Below, piece by piece: positions 13,401 to 27,476 of a stretch of DNA of 64,000 bases. The notes under the pieces are model-generated. The model was given only the letters and a program-made list of their open reading frames with translations. It ran no database searches and was not told the origin of the DNA. Numbering within the stretch: position 1 is the first letter of the stretch; the number at the start of each line of letters is the position of its first letter. The DNA comes from Ramazzottius varieornatus (lineage: Eukaryota; Animalia; Tardigrada): assembly GCA_001949185.1 (NCBI GenBank), contig BDGG01000011.1:1412597-1476596 (forward strand), given 5' to 3'. A program made the translations under genes and the position numbers.

Positions 13401-16080
13401 CAGACATTTTACTGATAAACAGCCGGCCATTACCCATTACCATCGCCACGCCACACCACACATTACCCGCACTACTCGAATTCCTCACACATTCAACTTT
13501 AATCAAATTCAAGAGGCGGTTTTCCGCACATCTTGTATGGAGATGAAGTAGCAGTATACCCTAAACATTAGACAGTCAAGAAAAACGTAAACAGCCATGA
13601 ACCATCACCTCCTCAACCTCGACAAGGTCGCTGTGCCAAGTGGCGCACGTAAGCAGCCGATAACACAAACTTTGTGCGTTACTAAAAAAAACATCCTGTC
13701 AAGTTGTCCAAGTGGCGCAAGCTTTCGGTCAGCAGTACGGAAAGTGTGCGCCACTTGGAAAAGCAATCTTGTCGAGTTCGATTGCCGAGCTCCAATATCA
13801 AATTTTTTATATGCGTCGAACCGCAGAGAAAAAGCACGTGCACTGAAGTAATTTCGGGCCTTCTCCATTTATCTACGGTTGACCCACAATGTAACGCGGC
13901 CATGACGTCAGAGAACCAATAAATCGAATGTTTCGTCGGTGAAATTACGATGATTACAGTAAAGTTACGTCGATCAGAATTTTAGATTCGATCAAAAATA
14001 GCGACATATGCGACCGATCACGTCTTTGTTTTGATGATACCATCCTTGGATATCTTTCTCCACAAGAATGTGCTTTGCCCTGATATTGGAGTCGCGACTC
14101 TGAAGAGCCATCTCAGTGCGCCGCTCCATTGTCTCATGAATAATAAAATGTGAATATCCAGTGGCTATTTGCTTCTCTATGGCCAGGACATCTTGACCCA
14201 ACTACTGTCTGTTCCAGCCAGCCTGCAGTCATCCCCTGCTAAACATTGCAATTCCCTCAAAAGACCCCAGATTTGCGCGTTGACACAGTCCATGCTTTTC
14301 TTCAAGCGGCGCGCATTCACGCATCCCATATTGGCCTGTCACAATTCACTGAGTTTCAAGTATACTCATCTTTGCTCAAACAGAAAATGGCTGAAGGAAG
14401 CGTTCTCGTCTGTGGACAGGAAAAGCGTAAAGTAAAGATGAAGCACAGTCATTCATCTGATGAGTTAATAAAAAGTCCGTTTCTCATCCGTTCAACTCGC
14501 GCGCCCAGAAACTCTTCTCATCGGCGCCATGGAAATGAAAATAAAAATAAATATTCTCGTTCGAGCATGACTCAAGAACCTCCCTTATCTCAATTTTTTT
14601 CTGCTGCCCACGCAGAACGGAGAGAGCGAAGAAGCAGAAACGACCACCCAAACGCGTACGCCTTTAAATTTAATCTTCAGTACATTCTGGCCATCTGTGT
14701 AAACTGAGCCGGCCAGAGACACCTTCATTAGATAATTTGGAGAGATGATCAAAATGACAGACGTTTCATCACCCCTCAAACTGGCGCACTCAGTCACAGA
14801 AAATGTATTATTAATAATACGACACGGCACAGCTGCACGCTGTCATTAGCAAAACATGACTATTCGATAAATAGCCATCAGCGAGTTCGAGGCAGCAAAG
14901 AGCCAAGAAGAAAAAAAATACTTCACCGTACTATCACTGAGTGTTTTGTGAGTGGGATCATACTGTTGAGTTGAAACACTACATTCATCTCTCCTTCACT
15001 CCAACCTAACCTCGGCGTCTTCGTTTATCAACAAATCTGATCCCAGAAAAAAAAATTATCAAAATAATAAACACACGCAAAGGACTGAAGTACTTTCTCT
15101 ACGATCTGCCCATTGCCGTACGAGTTTGTGTACACTTGTACACTAATTTCTGAAATTTTGTTCGGGACGAAGAGCATTTTTCACGTAAGACAACCATAAA
15201 AAAATTCTGTGATCGATACAGTCGGTGCATCATCTTCAGCGAAGTTTGCAGCGATTTTCCATATCAACCGTTTAGTGAGAACTAACGCGGCACGAAAATT
15301 TGCGAAACTTTCTCGGTCCGGTACATTTGACGTCATCGGTAGTAACAATGATGAAAGCTTTCAAGTGCGTCTTTTGTGTTTCGGAGTAAGCTGAGCTGGA
15401 CATCTCTTCGCATTGTTTTTCCAGCTTTTCCGTTTCTATTCTTCAACCACACACCGAGTATCCATTGGTGCATCCAAAGCTTAAAGTTTTTTTCCGTCTA
15501 GGTTGTTTGCAGATGGCCTTGACGACAACGTCAAGGCATGGCTAAATCTTACTCTCCATCACCCCCCAAACGTATTTATTGAGCCATCCATCACAAGAAG
15601 CAAGTTAAACAATTATGGCATGCAGTAGTCTAAACTTTGCTGTAACCACACCGCTACCTAACTCTAAAAATACACCGCAGACATGAATATTTCGTTGAGA
15701 TATGTGCTAGCTGGCCCTGATGGAAGCTTAGATTAGTCGAGCTAGACTGACCATCATGGCTAAAGCTAGAGCGTTTGCATACATGATCCGCCAGAAACGC
15801 GCTGGCTCGTGTCTGCGATTTTGCCTGCTAGCAATTATGCCTTCAATGGACATTTCCTACCTGAGTACACTCAGACAATTAAATGTTTCAAGTGTCAATC
15901 GCTCCCCTCAAACAATAAAAGCTTCACTTCTCATTGCCATCCTCCCGAGTTAACCGTTTCCCTTTTCGACCATGTCCATTCCGTTGTTCAAACAACGGCT
16001 AAAATTGCATACCACTTACCGATGAGAACAATCAGGATAATCGCAAGTTTGTACAAGAGCGTCTGTGTTGACTCCATCAT
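7441..16080 (-). CDS. GPI-anchored Ig-superfamily adhesion protein (signal peptide, 3 Ig, FN3, hydrophobic tail), klingon/wrapper/lachesin-like
   Basis: Phase-consistent exons 16080-16020, 11084-10582, 10062-9724, 9348-9189, 8556-8435, 8227-7975, 7547-7441. Signal MMESTQTLLYKLAIILIVLIGFIHG; Ig motifs DAGNYTC, DVGDYAC, DFQKYIC; FN3 LSWS...LRPLRNYSV; C-terminal SSSS..LVFFSSILVLLCW. Confidence 0.88.
8924..9047. repeat. AAGTGGCGCA-N27-TGCGCCACTT element, two units (intronic)
   Basis: Left motifs end at 8935 and 9008; partners start at 8963 and 9036; both spacers 27 nt. Confidence 0.8.
10294..10425. repeat. AAGTGGCGCA-N26-TGCGCCACTT element, two units (intronic)
   Basis: Motif ends 10305 and 10387; partners at 10332 and 10414. 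Confidence 0.75.
13636..13758. repeat. AAGTGGCGCA-N27-TGCGCCACTT element, two units (intronic)
   Basis: Motif ends 13647 and 13719; partners at 13675 and 13747. Confidence 0.8.
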
Positions 16081-17112
16081 GGCCCGCTAGAATCCACTGC
16101 TACTCCTTGCATACACGGGCCGAATAATTATACGATGTAATGGTGGAGTAATTCGGGTAGGAAAATCCAGAAGGTAAACTGGCAACGATTAGCGAGGGAG
16201 GAGATCTCGTTTGGATAGCTGACAGTTCTGCAAAGAGAGAAAAAGAGGAGGATATGAGCCGACCGGGGAACGCGGGCATTAAAACGTTAGGACAAATTTG
16301 CCGCTGGTGGGTCTTCGCGATCGAGGAAAGGAATATACGGCTGGATTCTTCTCTCGGCCTACACATTACTGCTGAGAACCGATCGATCGATTGCTAGTTG
16401 GGTTTTCTATGTATTCGCGTTGTGTAGCCGTTTTCCTCCCTTCCCTACGCGACTCATCCCAGATTGTGGGTGACACGATCGTTAACGCATACAAGGAGCC
16501 AGCTCGTCCACTCGATCCAAGAACAAACTTACCACGATCAGGGAGGGAGGAATGATGAGGAGCTTGGCTACTGGATACAGCGCTCTCTGAATTTCCACAG
16601 AGAAAATCAATGGGAGGATACTGTTGACGAGGACTCACGCGTGGGTTCCTCTTCTACGATGACATACACGCTGAAAAGGCGCAATAATCATCGACGATTA
16701 CGATGCTGGGGAGGACGTGGATGATAACTCAAAGTGTGTGAGTGTAAACTTGTCATGGAGGGAGGAAAGTGGGGAAATGAGAGAATGTGAAATGAGAAGT
16801 GGAGGATATCAGTGCAGCAGAGCTGATCAAGCCGGCGCCGCACTGTTCCCATGATAAGAGACCTTGTCAGCTACCGCCCCCCAGTGGGCTGGCCAGGACA
16901 AAAGAGCTTTTGGTCGAAGGGGCGCCGAAAATCTATCAAGAAGCAATGGACCAGTCACAACTTATGTCTATGAGATAGGGCCAATCACCCGTCGGCTTCT
17001 GAGGCACCATTGGTCAAATACCTCTTCTACTCCGCCTCCCCTTTATCTAGTCATCTTGGCTTTTCGTGGTGGGCCACGCGGCTCAGATCACCGACCAGGA
17101 AGTTCGAATTCC

Positions 17113-17490
17113 CAGACAGAGTGTATTTGACCAAGCCTTGGTCGGACTGAATGGTTAAATTTTTGGCTAATACTGGTCAACAAAAATTAGCCAATGGTCA
17201 GAAGAAGTTTGACCAATCGTCTTTGGTTAAATGATGATTCAGTGGTCTGGCCAATTGGCCAACAAGTTTGGCCAAGTTGTCAAACTTTGGCCAAAAATTT
17301 GACCAGTTTGGCTGCTGGTCAAATTTTGGCCAAAATTTTGACCATTAGTAAAAATTTTAACCAAGAAATTGACCAGAGGTCTTAAAACTGACCAAAGAGT
17401 TGACCATTAGCCAATCTCTCATTGACCAAGTTTATCCCAAAATTTGACCAATTGCCTCGACCAAATGTCCAAATCCACTCCATTCCTGGA
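17113..17490. repeat. Fold-back element built from TTGACCAA/TTGGTCAA/TTGGCCAA subrepeats (MITE-like)
   Basis: Dense TGACCA/TGGTCA motifs in both orientations, with loosely complementary ends (GAGTGTATTTG / CAAATCCACTC). Confidence 0.6.
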
Positions 17491-18023
17491 TGATATCCTA
17501 CCAATCCCGAAAAAGATTTTACACCGTTTGCATTACGGAAAACTGGAGAATTCCAGGGAAATATTTCAATTTAACCGACAAAAAAGCAATAAAGCGAAAC
17601 CATTTTGTGAGCAATAGTAAGCAAGGAAGCGATTGCAAAACGTAGCAGAAAAGTAAATCGCAGGAGAACGGAGAACTTATGCTATCGGTAAAAACAGTCT
17701 TTTCGTACGCTAAAAACTGCTTCAGCAGGGGTTCGAATGGCAAGACGAGCAAGACCACCACAAGAAAACCAAGCGATACAATATTCTACAGGAGGGAAAA
17801 GGGGCCTTATTGCAAATGGGAAAGGATGTTAGAATTCTTCGTTGGAAAAATAGAGCGGATCTGCGAAATGCCATCTAAATGGATACTAGTTCTCCCGAAA
17901 AAAGATAGAAAGAAAGAGCAATCATTCGTCAGTTGAGCACTTCTTGGATCGTGAGCGTCACGGAAAGAGAAGAAAATGCAGCAGGATACTTTTGGACCGT
18001 CCAGGAAGAGCATTCACCTCGTC

Positions 18024-19159
18024 TCATCCAAATGTGTTTTCTCCCGAGAAACACACGTACAAAAACCCATCCTACAGGGCAGAACAAAAGTTAGTGACCT
18101 GAAAGGACCCCCGACGAATATCCGCCCGAAAATGGAAACGGACATCCGTATGAAGCAAAGTCGGAACAGAAGACTCTTTTCCCAAGTGGCGCAATCTTCA
18201 GCGTTATACAGTGTACGACAAAATAAACCGTTAATGGGTGTATGAAGCCAGATGGTTCAAGCCAATGAAATTTGCGCGTGCAGCAAAACCTAATTCTCAT
18301 TGGCTGAGACGTAAGTAAGCTCAGGTGGAGTGTTACGCCTGTTTTTAACGGTTAATTTTGTCGGACACTGTAGGCGGCAAACGTGCGCCACTTGAAAACG
18401 CGATCTTATCCAGTTCGTTCAACCATCTCCCGCATGTCAAAAGAGCATTAGTGACGTCAGCAATTGCCATACGAAACGATGTCAAGCGACTCAAGCCACG
18501 ACGAAAACAGTACGACTGCAAAACAACTCACCGGATCTTTGTGCTCTTCGTAGATTTCACTTATATTCGCGCTGCGGAACGACAAAGATTAGCTGGCATA
18601 CTCAGGTAAAGCCGGGCTCAAAGACTATGGATGGTACCTGCTCTGGGGAAGAACCTTTCCAACAAAGAGGAAAATGGCTTTTTCTGGGGGCAGTTGGATG
18701 CGTTGTCGAATGATCCACATGAACTGCGCTATGGAAATATCGCTTGGCACCAAGTATTTCCGCTTGTCGATCTCCTGTATGTTACTTCCAGGTGCCTTTT
18801 CCACAATAACCTGCGGACAAGAAACAAAGAAGTCAACATTATTATCACCTCAGGTCAAATAAACTTGTCGGGCATCACGATAGTAAAGAAAGAGGACAGC
18901 GATTAGCAAGCAACAAACACGAGCCAATCAAGGAAAACCAATCAACTAAACGAAAACAAATTCTAGATTACTGTAATTCTTACAGGAATTCTGTCGGGAT
19001 ATTTCGCGCGAATCTTCTCACTTTCCTTCTTCCTCTCAACTATAAACACAAACCCTGACATTCACAAAACAGCGGAAATAAAGAACATATGAGCCGAGTA
19101 ACTGAAACAGTTTAAACCTGCTCACCGAACGGATGCATCTCCTTGAATTTCCACTTCAT
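18024..19159 (-). CDS. GABARAPL2: ATG8-family autophagy protein, GABARAPL2/GATE-16-like, 116 aa
   Basis: Exons 19159-19126, 19039-18984, 18810-18638, 18571-18532, 18071-18024 splice to [116 protein letters not shown]. Confidence 0.95.
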
Positions 19160-21200
19160 CTCTCCTCGCGCGCTTTGAACCATCTAGAGGCTTTCAAAAC
19201 TACAAAAAGAACTTCCACGATACCCCAGAAAATATACTCGTTGTCAAGCTAAGAAAAGAGCCTCAAAAGATCGATATGAGATCCAAAGAGCGCGCACAGT
19301 AATGAAATGACGACAATGGACCGGATTCCAAGAATCCTGACTGGAGGCTGGAGCAACACTTCTGATTGCCCCAAAGCTGCCTCTTCTTCGTCAACCGCTC
19401 TCCCAGAGTATTTCCAGAGTTCCCCAGTAACAATCCCAGTCACAGAAGAGAAGGTTAGGATGAGATGTAAAGCTAGGACGAGAAGAACAGACGGACATTA
19501 CGAAAATCTGCTGGGAAAATTTCAACGTGGACTAAATAAATAATTCATGGGGGTGTGGCGCTCTTATCTGCGTGGTGCATCACCTGCTGATTGCACTTGC
19601 GCAGAGCCCGACACGCATCTGGATACGACAAACTGCGCGGGCCGCGCTTAGTAAAAGATCCAGGTGTCTAACCGCACCTGGAGCGCACGGATTATCCGAT
19701 GGACGATTGGACCATGTTATCAAACGCAACCTAACTTGGCAACCTTCGAACTGTAAAACGATCATTTGAGAGTCTCAAACTGATCTCACTGACTTTTGCC
19801 CGGTCATATAATCAGCGATGATCTCATATCCAGCAGCAAAAGTAGTGGCTGACGAAACGGGAAGAAAGGGAAGAGCAAGATGGCGATTCGAATGGGACGA
19901 GGGAAAGGAAAGAACAGAGCTGGCGACATCAAGCGACAAAGTGCGCACTGTATTGCGCAAGCCGCTGACGTCAAGAAGTGGCGCCTTCTGGATGAGTCAT
20001 GGATTACTAGTTGATAATGTCATCGAGATCTCCACTGGAATTCCAGATTCCAGTCTTCCACAGGATGGCAAGCCGTGTATGGAATTTGTCGTTTGGCTTG
20101 CCAGATCACGTCGGAAAAAAGATTACAGGCACACTGTTTTCTTCTCTCATGCAGATTTCTTCCCGTCAAAACTTCCCGTTTACTCTCCTTTATCATCTCT
20201 AGATCTACCTTGGCCTCATCTTGCTGTGTCCCAGAATCTCTACCCTTCCCTGAATGCCTACCATGCTTTGAGAGTGATACTGGTGAGTGGCTGCCGAACC
20301 GTCCAAACGGAGACCTCCCAAGTAAGTTATCCTGTTCGCGTTTCCCCCTGTATACTTTTTCCAGAAAGCTGTCCTCTCATGCGTCTTACAGATGAATTAT
20401 ACGAGGATATCTGCAGATTATACTCGTATTTTTTGTGTAAGTTTAGGACGATCTGGAAACAAGTGAAAACCATCGTCCCGGTAAGAAAGAGGATAATATT
20501 ATGCCAATAAACTAATCAAGCCAATCTATTTTATTCATTTGTTCGGAAAGCTAATCAGTGCTTCTTTCTACTGCAGAAACTTGTTTACCAACTAAGCGAC
20601 CACTCTCGTGCCCTTGCAATACTCTGAAAATAGAAGTGTTCAAGTAAGTCCTGGGCAAAAAACGCCGGATGCAACCTTCAGTTAGTAGTGACGATCTAAG
20701 GTTCGAAGCAACAATGCTGGGCCGAATTTTTGTGTTCTTCACGTGGTGTGTTACGACTCACCTTGCACCAGCTAAACGCTGAGTGTCAAGCTCAAAACGT
20801 TCTGAACGGCTCATGCTGACTCTGCGTAATCTGGAGTACGTAGGAATTAATCGAATAATGGCTTTGCGAGATTACCGTCAAATTGGAAATCGATCGTTAA
20901 GTCTTAGTGAAGTGCCGTTTTTCTCCTGTTGCGCTTATCATCCTTGTTTCTGTTTTTCCAGGTGGTGTTTCTTCCTTCCAGCTGTCATGGTAGATATGAC
21001 GAGCTTTTGACGCCATTCAAGCCGTTTCTTTCGGAGAAAGCCAGAATTGGAATTTGGTCCGTTCAATCAAGAGTTTCGCACTGCGTCCACCGTTGATTGT
21101 CGATTGGATTTGTAAACGTGGAGCCTTCTTTCCCTTTTGCGTCCCGAAACCTTCGCAGAGAAGCGGCAATCGACGAACGTAGGCAAAAGCAGGGTTGAGG

Positions 21201-23603
21201 ATGGCGGTTCAGTCTTCTGCCTCCTCGTCTTTCCACGATGAATACTCGACGCCAAAGATATTGACTTGGGCCCGAGGTTTGGAGACATTCGAACGGATGG
21301 ATTTCGTCTACCGTTTGATCCACTCGCTCTTCCCCACCGAACTGCGCTACATCCACGGCATCATTGATGGTCTGCTCAAGCGTGACGAAGCTCTGTGTTC
21401 CGCCTCTGTCCAGCAAGCCAACGATTTCGTCCGTCTTTCCAATTACTACGAAGCTCACGTTCCTCACCACGTTCTGTCCGACGATGGCCTTCGACGGCAG
21501 TTCATTGTCGACCTGTCCGCACTGCACCCTCTCAACTTCTACTGTGCCGATATCTTCTTCGCTGTCCTGCACAGAGCAGAGTTGATGAGCTGGGCTTTCA
21601 ACAGAAATCAGGAAACGATGCTGAAGGAAATGATCCTAATTGTGACGATGGTGGCGCGCCATGCAGCGTTTCGCTTTGATAACCGCCTATACACTTGGCA
21701 GGTGGCACGGAAACTGCTCAAATCCCTCCACGATCTCCAGGTACATTCTCTGTTCTGTCTCATTCACCATTCTATTTTCCGTTACAACGAACGACTATGA
21801 ACCGACCGTCGCGAAGACATGCTTAGATAAAAAGCGGCCACTCTTCAGCCGGAAGTGGATGTTTTGTTGGCACATTAAACAGCTCGGCCTGCTAAGACTA
21901 TTACCAGGTGGGTTACGTCGCGCGCCACATTCCCCGTGTTATTCGCTGTGCAGTTGCCCATGACGTCATCGCACTGGATATCGTCAGTTGATTGGCTTGA
22001 TTGGTTTGTGAAGAACTTGGCGGAAAGTTTTCTTTGTGCCGGAAGCAACCACGAGCAACTTGGGATTTTGGATGTAGGATAGATTTTTATGAACAGTCTA
22101 ACAGTTATGAGTATGTTCTATTTCAGAATATGGAAGAGACGAATGCATTGTACATGCCGGAATATGAAGACAGCAGCCACGGCGACGAACGTCCCGTTCA
22201 GCCGGAAGTCTTCGAAGCCGAACCGGTGTTGACCACTTCTGGGTGAGTACTTTTTGTTGTTCTCTCTCGTGAAATTTCTATGACGAGTAGGACTGATCAA
22301 GGTTTCTAGTTCGGTGGTTAGAGCGGAGCAAAGAAGTCGCGACCACGCGGAAGTCTTAATGAACGGCCATGGTGAAAGCCTCCTTCCTCCTCCTGAACCC
22401 GTCCACGTTCCCCCACCTTCTCCCGTCCACAACGCGGCCTTCCCTCCACTGAACAGTGGGCAGAGTAGTACTACTGTCTCGCTACCACGGCCTCATTTGG
22501 ACTATGCCAAGATGACCAAAGAAAGATCGCCGCAGAACGACCAAAGAAGAGACTCCCAACAGCGCCTGTCCGATGCTTCCTCACCTCCCAAGAAAGATCA
22601 AATACCTCCTCTAGGTCAACGAGCCAACTCAGTAGGGAACTATTCTTCGTTGAATGAGGAGATTCGGTCAGAAAGTAGAGAAGGCAAAGGTAGAAAAGTC
22701 TTTCAGACGCAACGGTCGGCGCCGTTGGAGAACGAGCCAATCAACGAATTGGCTTATAACCAATCAAGCGCAGCCGCAGCTCACCCGACCAATAAAATGC
22801 CCTGTCATCAATCAAGCGTAGACCAGACAAACCACACATTGCACAATGGTCCTGTGATAGGCAACGCCGACCTCCCCATGGAAGACTCTGCCTTAAGGAT
22901 AGCGGAAAGCGGTCACAGAACGACGACAGAGTCGCAGATTGTTATGAAGATCAAAACCACCGGAAACTTCCCAAATAGCTACGCCATGACAATGCAGAAC
23001 GGACCGAGGTTTCCGTCGAACCACCTGGTACCTCAGGGCCCACCGCCTGGTCAAAGTGTTGCGCAACAGAAGCTTGTAACATGCTACAACTGTGGCCAAA
23101 CGGGACATTACGGAGATCAGTGTCCGAGAAAGCCTCCGATGAATCCTGAGCAAGCAGGTAGATGATCGAACAAAAAATCGGTTAAAAGTTGTAAAATAAA
23201 GAAAACTCGAAAATAATGTAAACAATCAAAACAAAATACATTGAATTCCATTAGCTGGCATTAAATTATTTCAGGCATTATTCTGAAGCCCGACGAAGAA
23301 CCTTGGCAATACCGTTTCCCCAAGTGGCGCACGTTTTCGGTGCTCTTGGCTGGAAGCGTGCCCCACTTGGAAAACGATCTGTTTGAGTTTCCAATTGGCG
23401 CACGTTATCAGTATTTGTGATCGCAAGGGTGCGCCATTTGTTAATTGACTTTGGAGTGAATAATTTTCATTAGCAGTCTGAAATAAATTTCTCAACGGAT
23501 GTTAATTGATTTTGTTTTTTCCCTTGCAGAGAAGTACTGTCCGCTTAGACGGGACGCAAAACAGTATACGGAAGCTGGAAGGACTCCGTCACGGCATCAT
23601 TGA
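21201..23603 (+). CDS. ZCCHC2/ZCCHC14-like protein (conserved N-terminal helical domain, disordered middle, C-terminal CCHC zinc knuckle)
   Basis: Exons 21201-21740, 22127-22242, 22310-23157, 23530-23603 (last exon less certain). W..L...ERMDF...P.ELRY...ANDF...TMVARHAAFRF matches the family N-terminus; zinc knuckle CYNCGQTGHYGDQC. Confidence 0.8.
23320..23441. repeat. AAGTGGCGCA-N27-TGCGCCACTT element, two units (intronic)
   Basis: Motif ends 23331 and 23402; partners at 23359 and 23430. Confidence 0.8.
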
Positions 23604-25772
23604 CTGCAGCAGTCCGTGGCAGAATCCTCAAGAAAGGAAGTTGAAGACTTTGATTTTAACTTCGCCTTGGTCGTGATAACTTCCTGATCTTTTTGTCGCT
23701 TTGTATAGACTCGGACAAAAAGTACCTGGTACAATTGACTTCTGACTGATGAAACCGATGAAAAGGACAGGAATGTTAATTTTGTCTTGATGTGATGTGA
23801 TGGGAGCAAATGGGGAATCTTTCTTGGAATCTGACTGGCGGAAACATGTATTGTAATAAGGTTTCCCCGTCAGGAGTTTCCTCTTGTCTTTTCTGGTGGA
23901 TCTACTGCAGAGCTTTTGTGGTCTGCTTTTTGACGACTCTTTTGTATTGTACGATGAATATAGTGCTATGATGTACACCTTTGAGAATTTATGATTAACT
24001 GCGTCGTACCTCAAACTCCGCTGCTGCTCTGTCGCAAAATGTTTTTGTTGATTTCATTCACTTCTTTTATGTAGAATTGTATCATACCGTGATGGGAAGA
24101 AGATGCTCAAGCTCTTTTTTTATTCACTTCCGGATTCTACGGCGAATGCATGGGCAAATAAATTTCGAAGCGCCTGCCTTCTTATACAGCAGCAGAGCCG
24201 AACGCCTACTTACAGTAGATGACGATTTCCCGCAAAGCCGGCACATGAAGCCCGACAGGCCCTTCGAATTGGCTGACGTCACGCTTTACTAAAAAATAAA
24301 TCGTGAAACAGGTAACAAAATGCAGGAAACAAACACAATTCATGGGACGGGATCACAGGTGAATTCTATCCTTGGGTTTCCTAACAACTGTTGTTCGTTT
24401 GGGTTTCGGGAGCTTTTCAACCTGAGTGCGACGCTTCGGGTAGAAATACAACCGACATTTGAAGAAAAACTGAGCATACAAAGAGGTTAGCGGGATATGA
24501 CTCGGCTTAGATGTCCACTAACCTGCAACGGAAACACCCACAGAGGGAAGCAGAACAAAGGGAAGACTCTAGGGAAGAGTCAGCAGCAGAACTAACGGCG
24601 ACAGAAGAGGCCAGGCAGACGACAAGAGCGATAAAGGTGATGATGGGACGAGTCGAGGCTTCTTCGAGAAGCCTGCAAGAAACAGAGGTCAGCCAGCAGA
24701 TGGTCCACTCTCCACCGTCGAAGGCTCGAACCAAGCACTTACTCGATAAACAGCGGCAGAGGGATATAGGGGGATACAATGGACGAAGATAGCAAGGGAT
24801 GCCGGAAAGCAGGAAGATCCCGTAACCTGCCGGTAATCTGATGCAATACCAGAGTGCGTCAGAACAGCTGGCTGCTTCGCTGCTCGTTCGCTGCCGCGCT
24901 GAGATAAGTGTCACAGCGTGTTGAATATTTGGTGGAGACAAGATACACGGTTTGTAGTGTCCAAGGACAGGCTAAAATCATCCAAGAACCTCTGTTCGGT
25001 ACTGCACACTGTGCAGTTTTTGTAGATGCGTGATGGAATGCGCTCGGCCTTTGTACATAACACAGCACGCCATTCAGATTTGTATTCATGCGCGTGAGGT
25101 TGTGCACCAGATGCACTTGCCATGGTGCAATGCACTGCGCCGGTACAAGAGCGATATCGTAACTTCGTGACTCATAATATTTAATCTTCATTATCGAATG
25201 GTGATCCTTCATACTGAGTTGCTTTCTCTCTCTCCCTCTCTTGAACTGATGTACTGCTGGTGCCTGTTCTCTTGTCTCTTCAGTCTATGATTTGAGGTGA
25301 GTCACGACTGTCTAATCTTGTTCGAGAATTGCCGCGTCAAGAGGCTGACAAGCCAGGCAAGAAAACCGCCGGCAACTACACCGACGCAAGATCCTCTGTG
25401 ACTTTTGCAGGCTTTCTGCGTTCCCCTTGCTGCTCGACAAGCTGTCAGGGACTTTCTGGGACGTTCTTCACACATAAACCAACAGACGGTGTTGATCAGA
25501 TTGCTGGCCTGTTGATCGTGGTAGGTTTCTTCAGTCGCAAACGCCCAGAAGTTAACGGTTAAGTATGAGCGGCGCACAAAGTCACGTGATCTTGCGCCTG
25601 TTTACTGCTAGTCCCGTGGTACTCCGCGCAGTTACTCGGTTACGGTCCTAAACGATGACGTAATCTGAGCTTGCGAAATCGACTCGCAAAGCTCATGCTA
25701 AAATTTTCGGAAAATCACGTGGTTTTTCGCCCATGTGCAGCATTAGGTCCGTCACGTGTCTGGATCGCTTCT

Positions 25773-25866
25773 TCAAGTGGCGCACATTTTCAGCCAGAAA
25801 CACCGAAAGCATGCGTCACTGTGAAAAATGGCCAAACTTGACAACATTGTTTCTCCAAGTGGCGCA
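25773..25866. repeat. AAGTGGCGCA-N27 element, one and a half units (intergenic)
   Basis: Motif ends 25784, partner at 25812; a further left motif ends at 25866. Confidence 0.7.
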
Positions 25867-25926
25867 AGCTACTCGCCAGTACGAGGTAAAACTAATGGAG
25901 TTGGCAATGTGAAATCGCATGGTGGG

Positions 25927-25993
25927 GTTGTCAACAAGAGAAACAGAGAGAATAGGCGCATTGCATACTCTGTCTGTTTCTCTTGTTGACAAC
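25927..25993. repeat. Perfect 21-bp inverted repeat
   Basis: GTTGTCAACAAGAGAAACAGA ... TCTGTTTCTCTTGTTGACAAC. Confidence 0.85.
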
Positions 25994-26543
25994 GTCCCCT
26001 TGCGAGTTTGCATTGACAACTCCGTTAGTTGTACCTCGTAACGCTGCAGCTGTGCGTCACTCTGAAAAACAGCCGAGCTGGCGCGAAACCTGTGACTTCT
26101 ACAATGTCGAAAATGCATTTAAAGAAGGTTCCGTTTTTGAACTCTTTCGAAGTTAAACACCAAAAGGGCGAGAAATTTCTCTCGAAAACGGTTGAGATAA
26201 GCATCTAAGGAAGAAAATGTGGCAGGCGAATCCTGGATGAGAGTGAAATATAAGGAAGACATTTTTAATGAGCATTGAAGGATGAAGTGTCGCTTTTGTC
26301 AGACGGACGATATGCACGAGTTCGATGCTATCCTCTGACGGGAAAAGATCGCTGGGATATTTATGGACGTCAATGTCAGACAGTTTCGTCAAGAGAGGCG
26401 GGCTATGTGGATGAGGGGGTGATTTGCCAGATTCTTTCTCTTTTAAGACGCTCATGCGCCGCTTGCTTTCAGTTAATGCCTTCAAGCACGTGCGCCACTA
26501 GGCATTAGGTGATTTAGTGATACAGGCATCAGGCGGATCAGAA

Positions 26544-27476
26544 ATGGGACGAATCCGTCGAAACAGAAACCGAGAAAGAAACGCGCCCTCGAGTTCCGCA
26601 CGGCCTTACTCGCTGTCCGCCGAATACTTCGCCAGAGACATACCTCCCCGTTTCCCCATTCCTATAAAGAACGATGAAGTTGTCAGGCGGCAAGGCGAGC
26701 TGCTGGAAAAGCTTTATGAGAGTAACATGCATATGCAAGCTCGGCTGTTCGCGAACAAGCTCATGTCAGCTGACGACGTTAACTCCATCGAAGGTAACCT
26801 TCCAGCATAAACAATATGGCACTGTTTGCAAGGCAGCCGAATACTTTTCCGATTTTTGCAGACCTGCTTCTCCAGCGGAAACAGGAGAACCGGAAGTGGT
26901 CGCGACTTGTCATCGACTGTATCGAGGAACGGGAGTTCATTACGAAGAAGATTAACTTCTACAAGGTAAGACAATGCTCGGTCGTGTATGCACGTACCTC
27001 CGTGCAGCTGTTTCGAAATCGTCACGTCCATAACTTCAACCTGCTCGAATAATCATCTCGTGCGCACGTATTACTCTGAGATTTATTTGAAGATCGTCGA
27101 GGACAAGATCAAGAACAAGCTGCCCGTGCCGAATAACATAGACAAGGAGCTGAAAATATTCGAGCCATCTTTTAATGGTCGGAAGATGGAACTATACGAT
27201 GCTGCCGTGGTTTCAAACTACAAGACCAGCGTGAAAGATTTGTATTCGAAATACCAGAAAGAACTCCTGCAACTCAAAATAGGTTTCGAAGAGTTAAGTC
27301 TTTCCGCTATGTCTTCGAAGCTAGCGGATGTCAGAAAGGAAATAACTGAGAAGTATTCAGCCCATGACGCGAACCTTTTTATCGGAGAGTGTAACGTTCA
27401 GTTCGGCAAGTATAAGCAAGACTCTATCAATAACCATCGGTTCTTTGAGAACTTCCCCTTTGGACAACCTGTATAG
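26544..27476 (+). pseudogene. Spliced hypothetical helical protein gene with an apparent frameshift, directly upstream of the P-like transposase
   Basis: Putative exons 26544-26793, 26862-26965, 27009-27476 with GT-AG borders. The spliced frame stops at ~27049 while a protein-like frame continues to 27476. No family recognised. Confidence 0.45.

Noticed and set aside
18681-18690. Suspected frameshift in ATG8 exon 3 at the G run
   Set aside because: Recounting gives five G; the frame reads [12 protein letters not shown] intact.
19818-20510. 230-aa ORF between ATG8 and the ZCCHC gene
   Set aside because: No recognisable motifs; it overlaps the probable divergent promoter and 5' UTR region.
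24500-25580. Several short ORFs, including a Glu/Arg-rich 93-aa frame
   Set aside because: No consistent splice model or family motif could be built.
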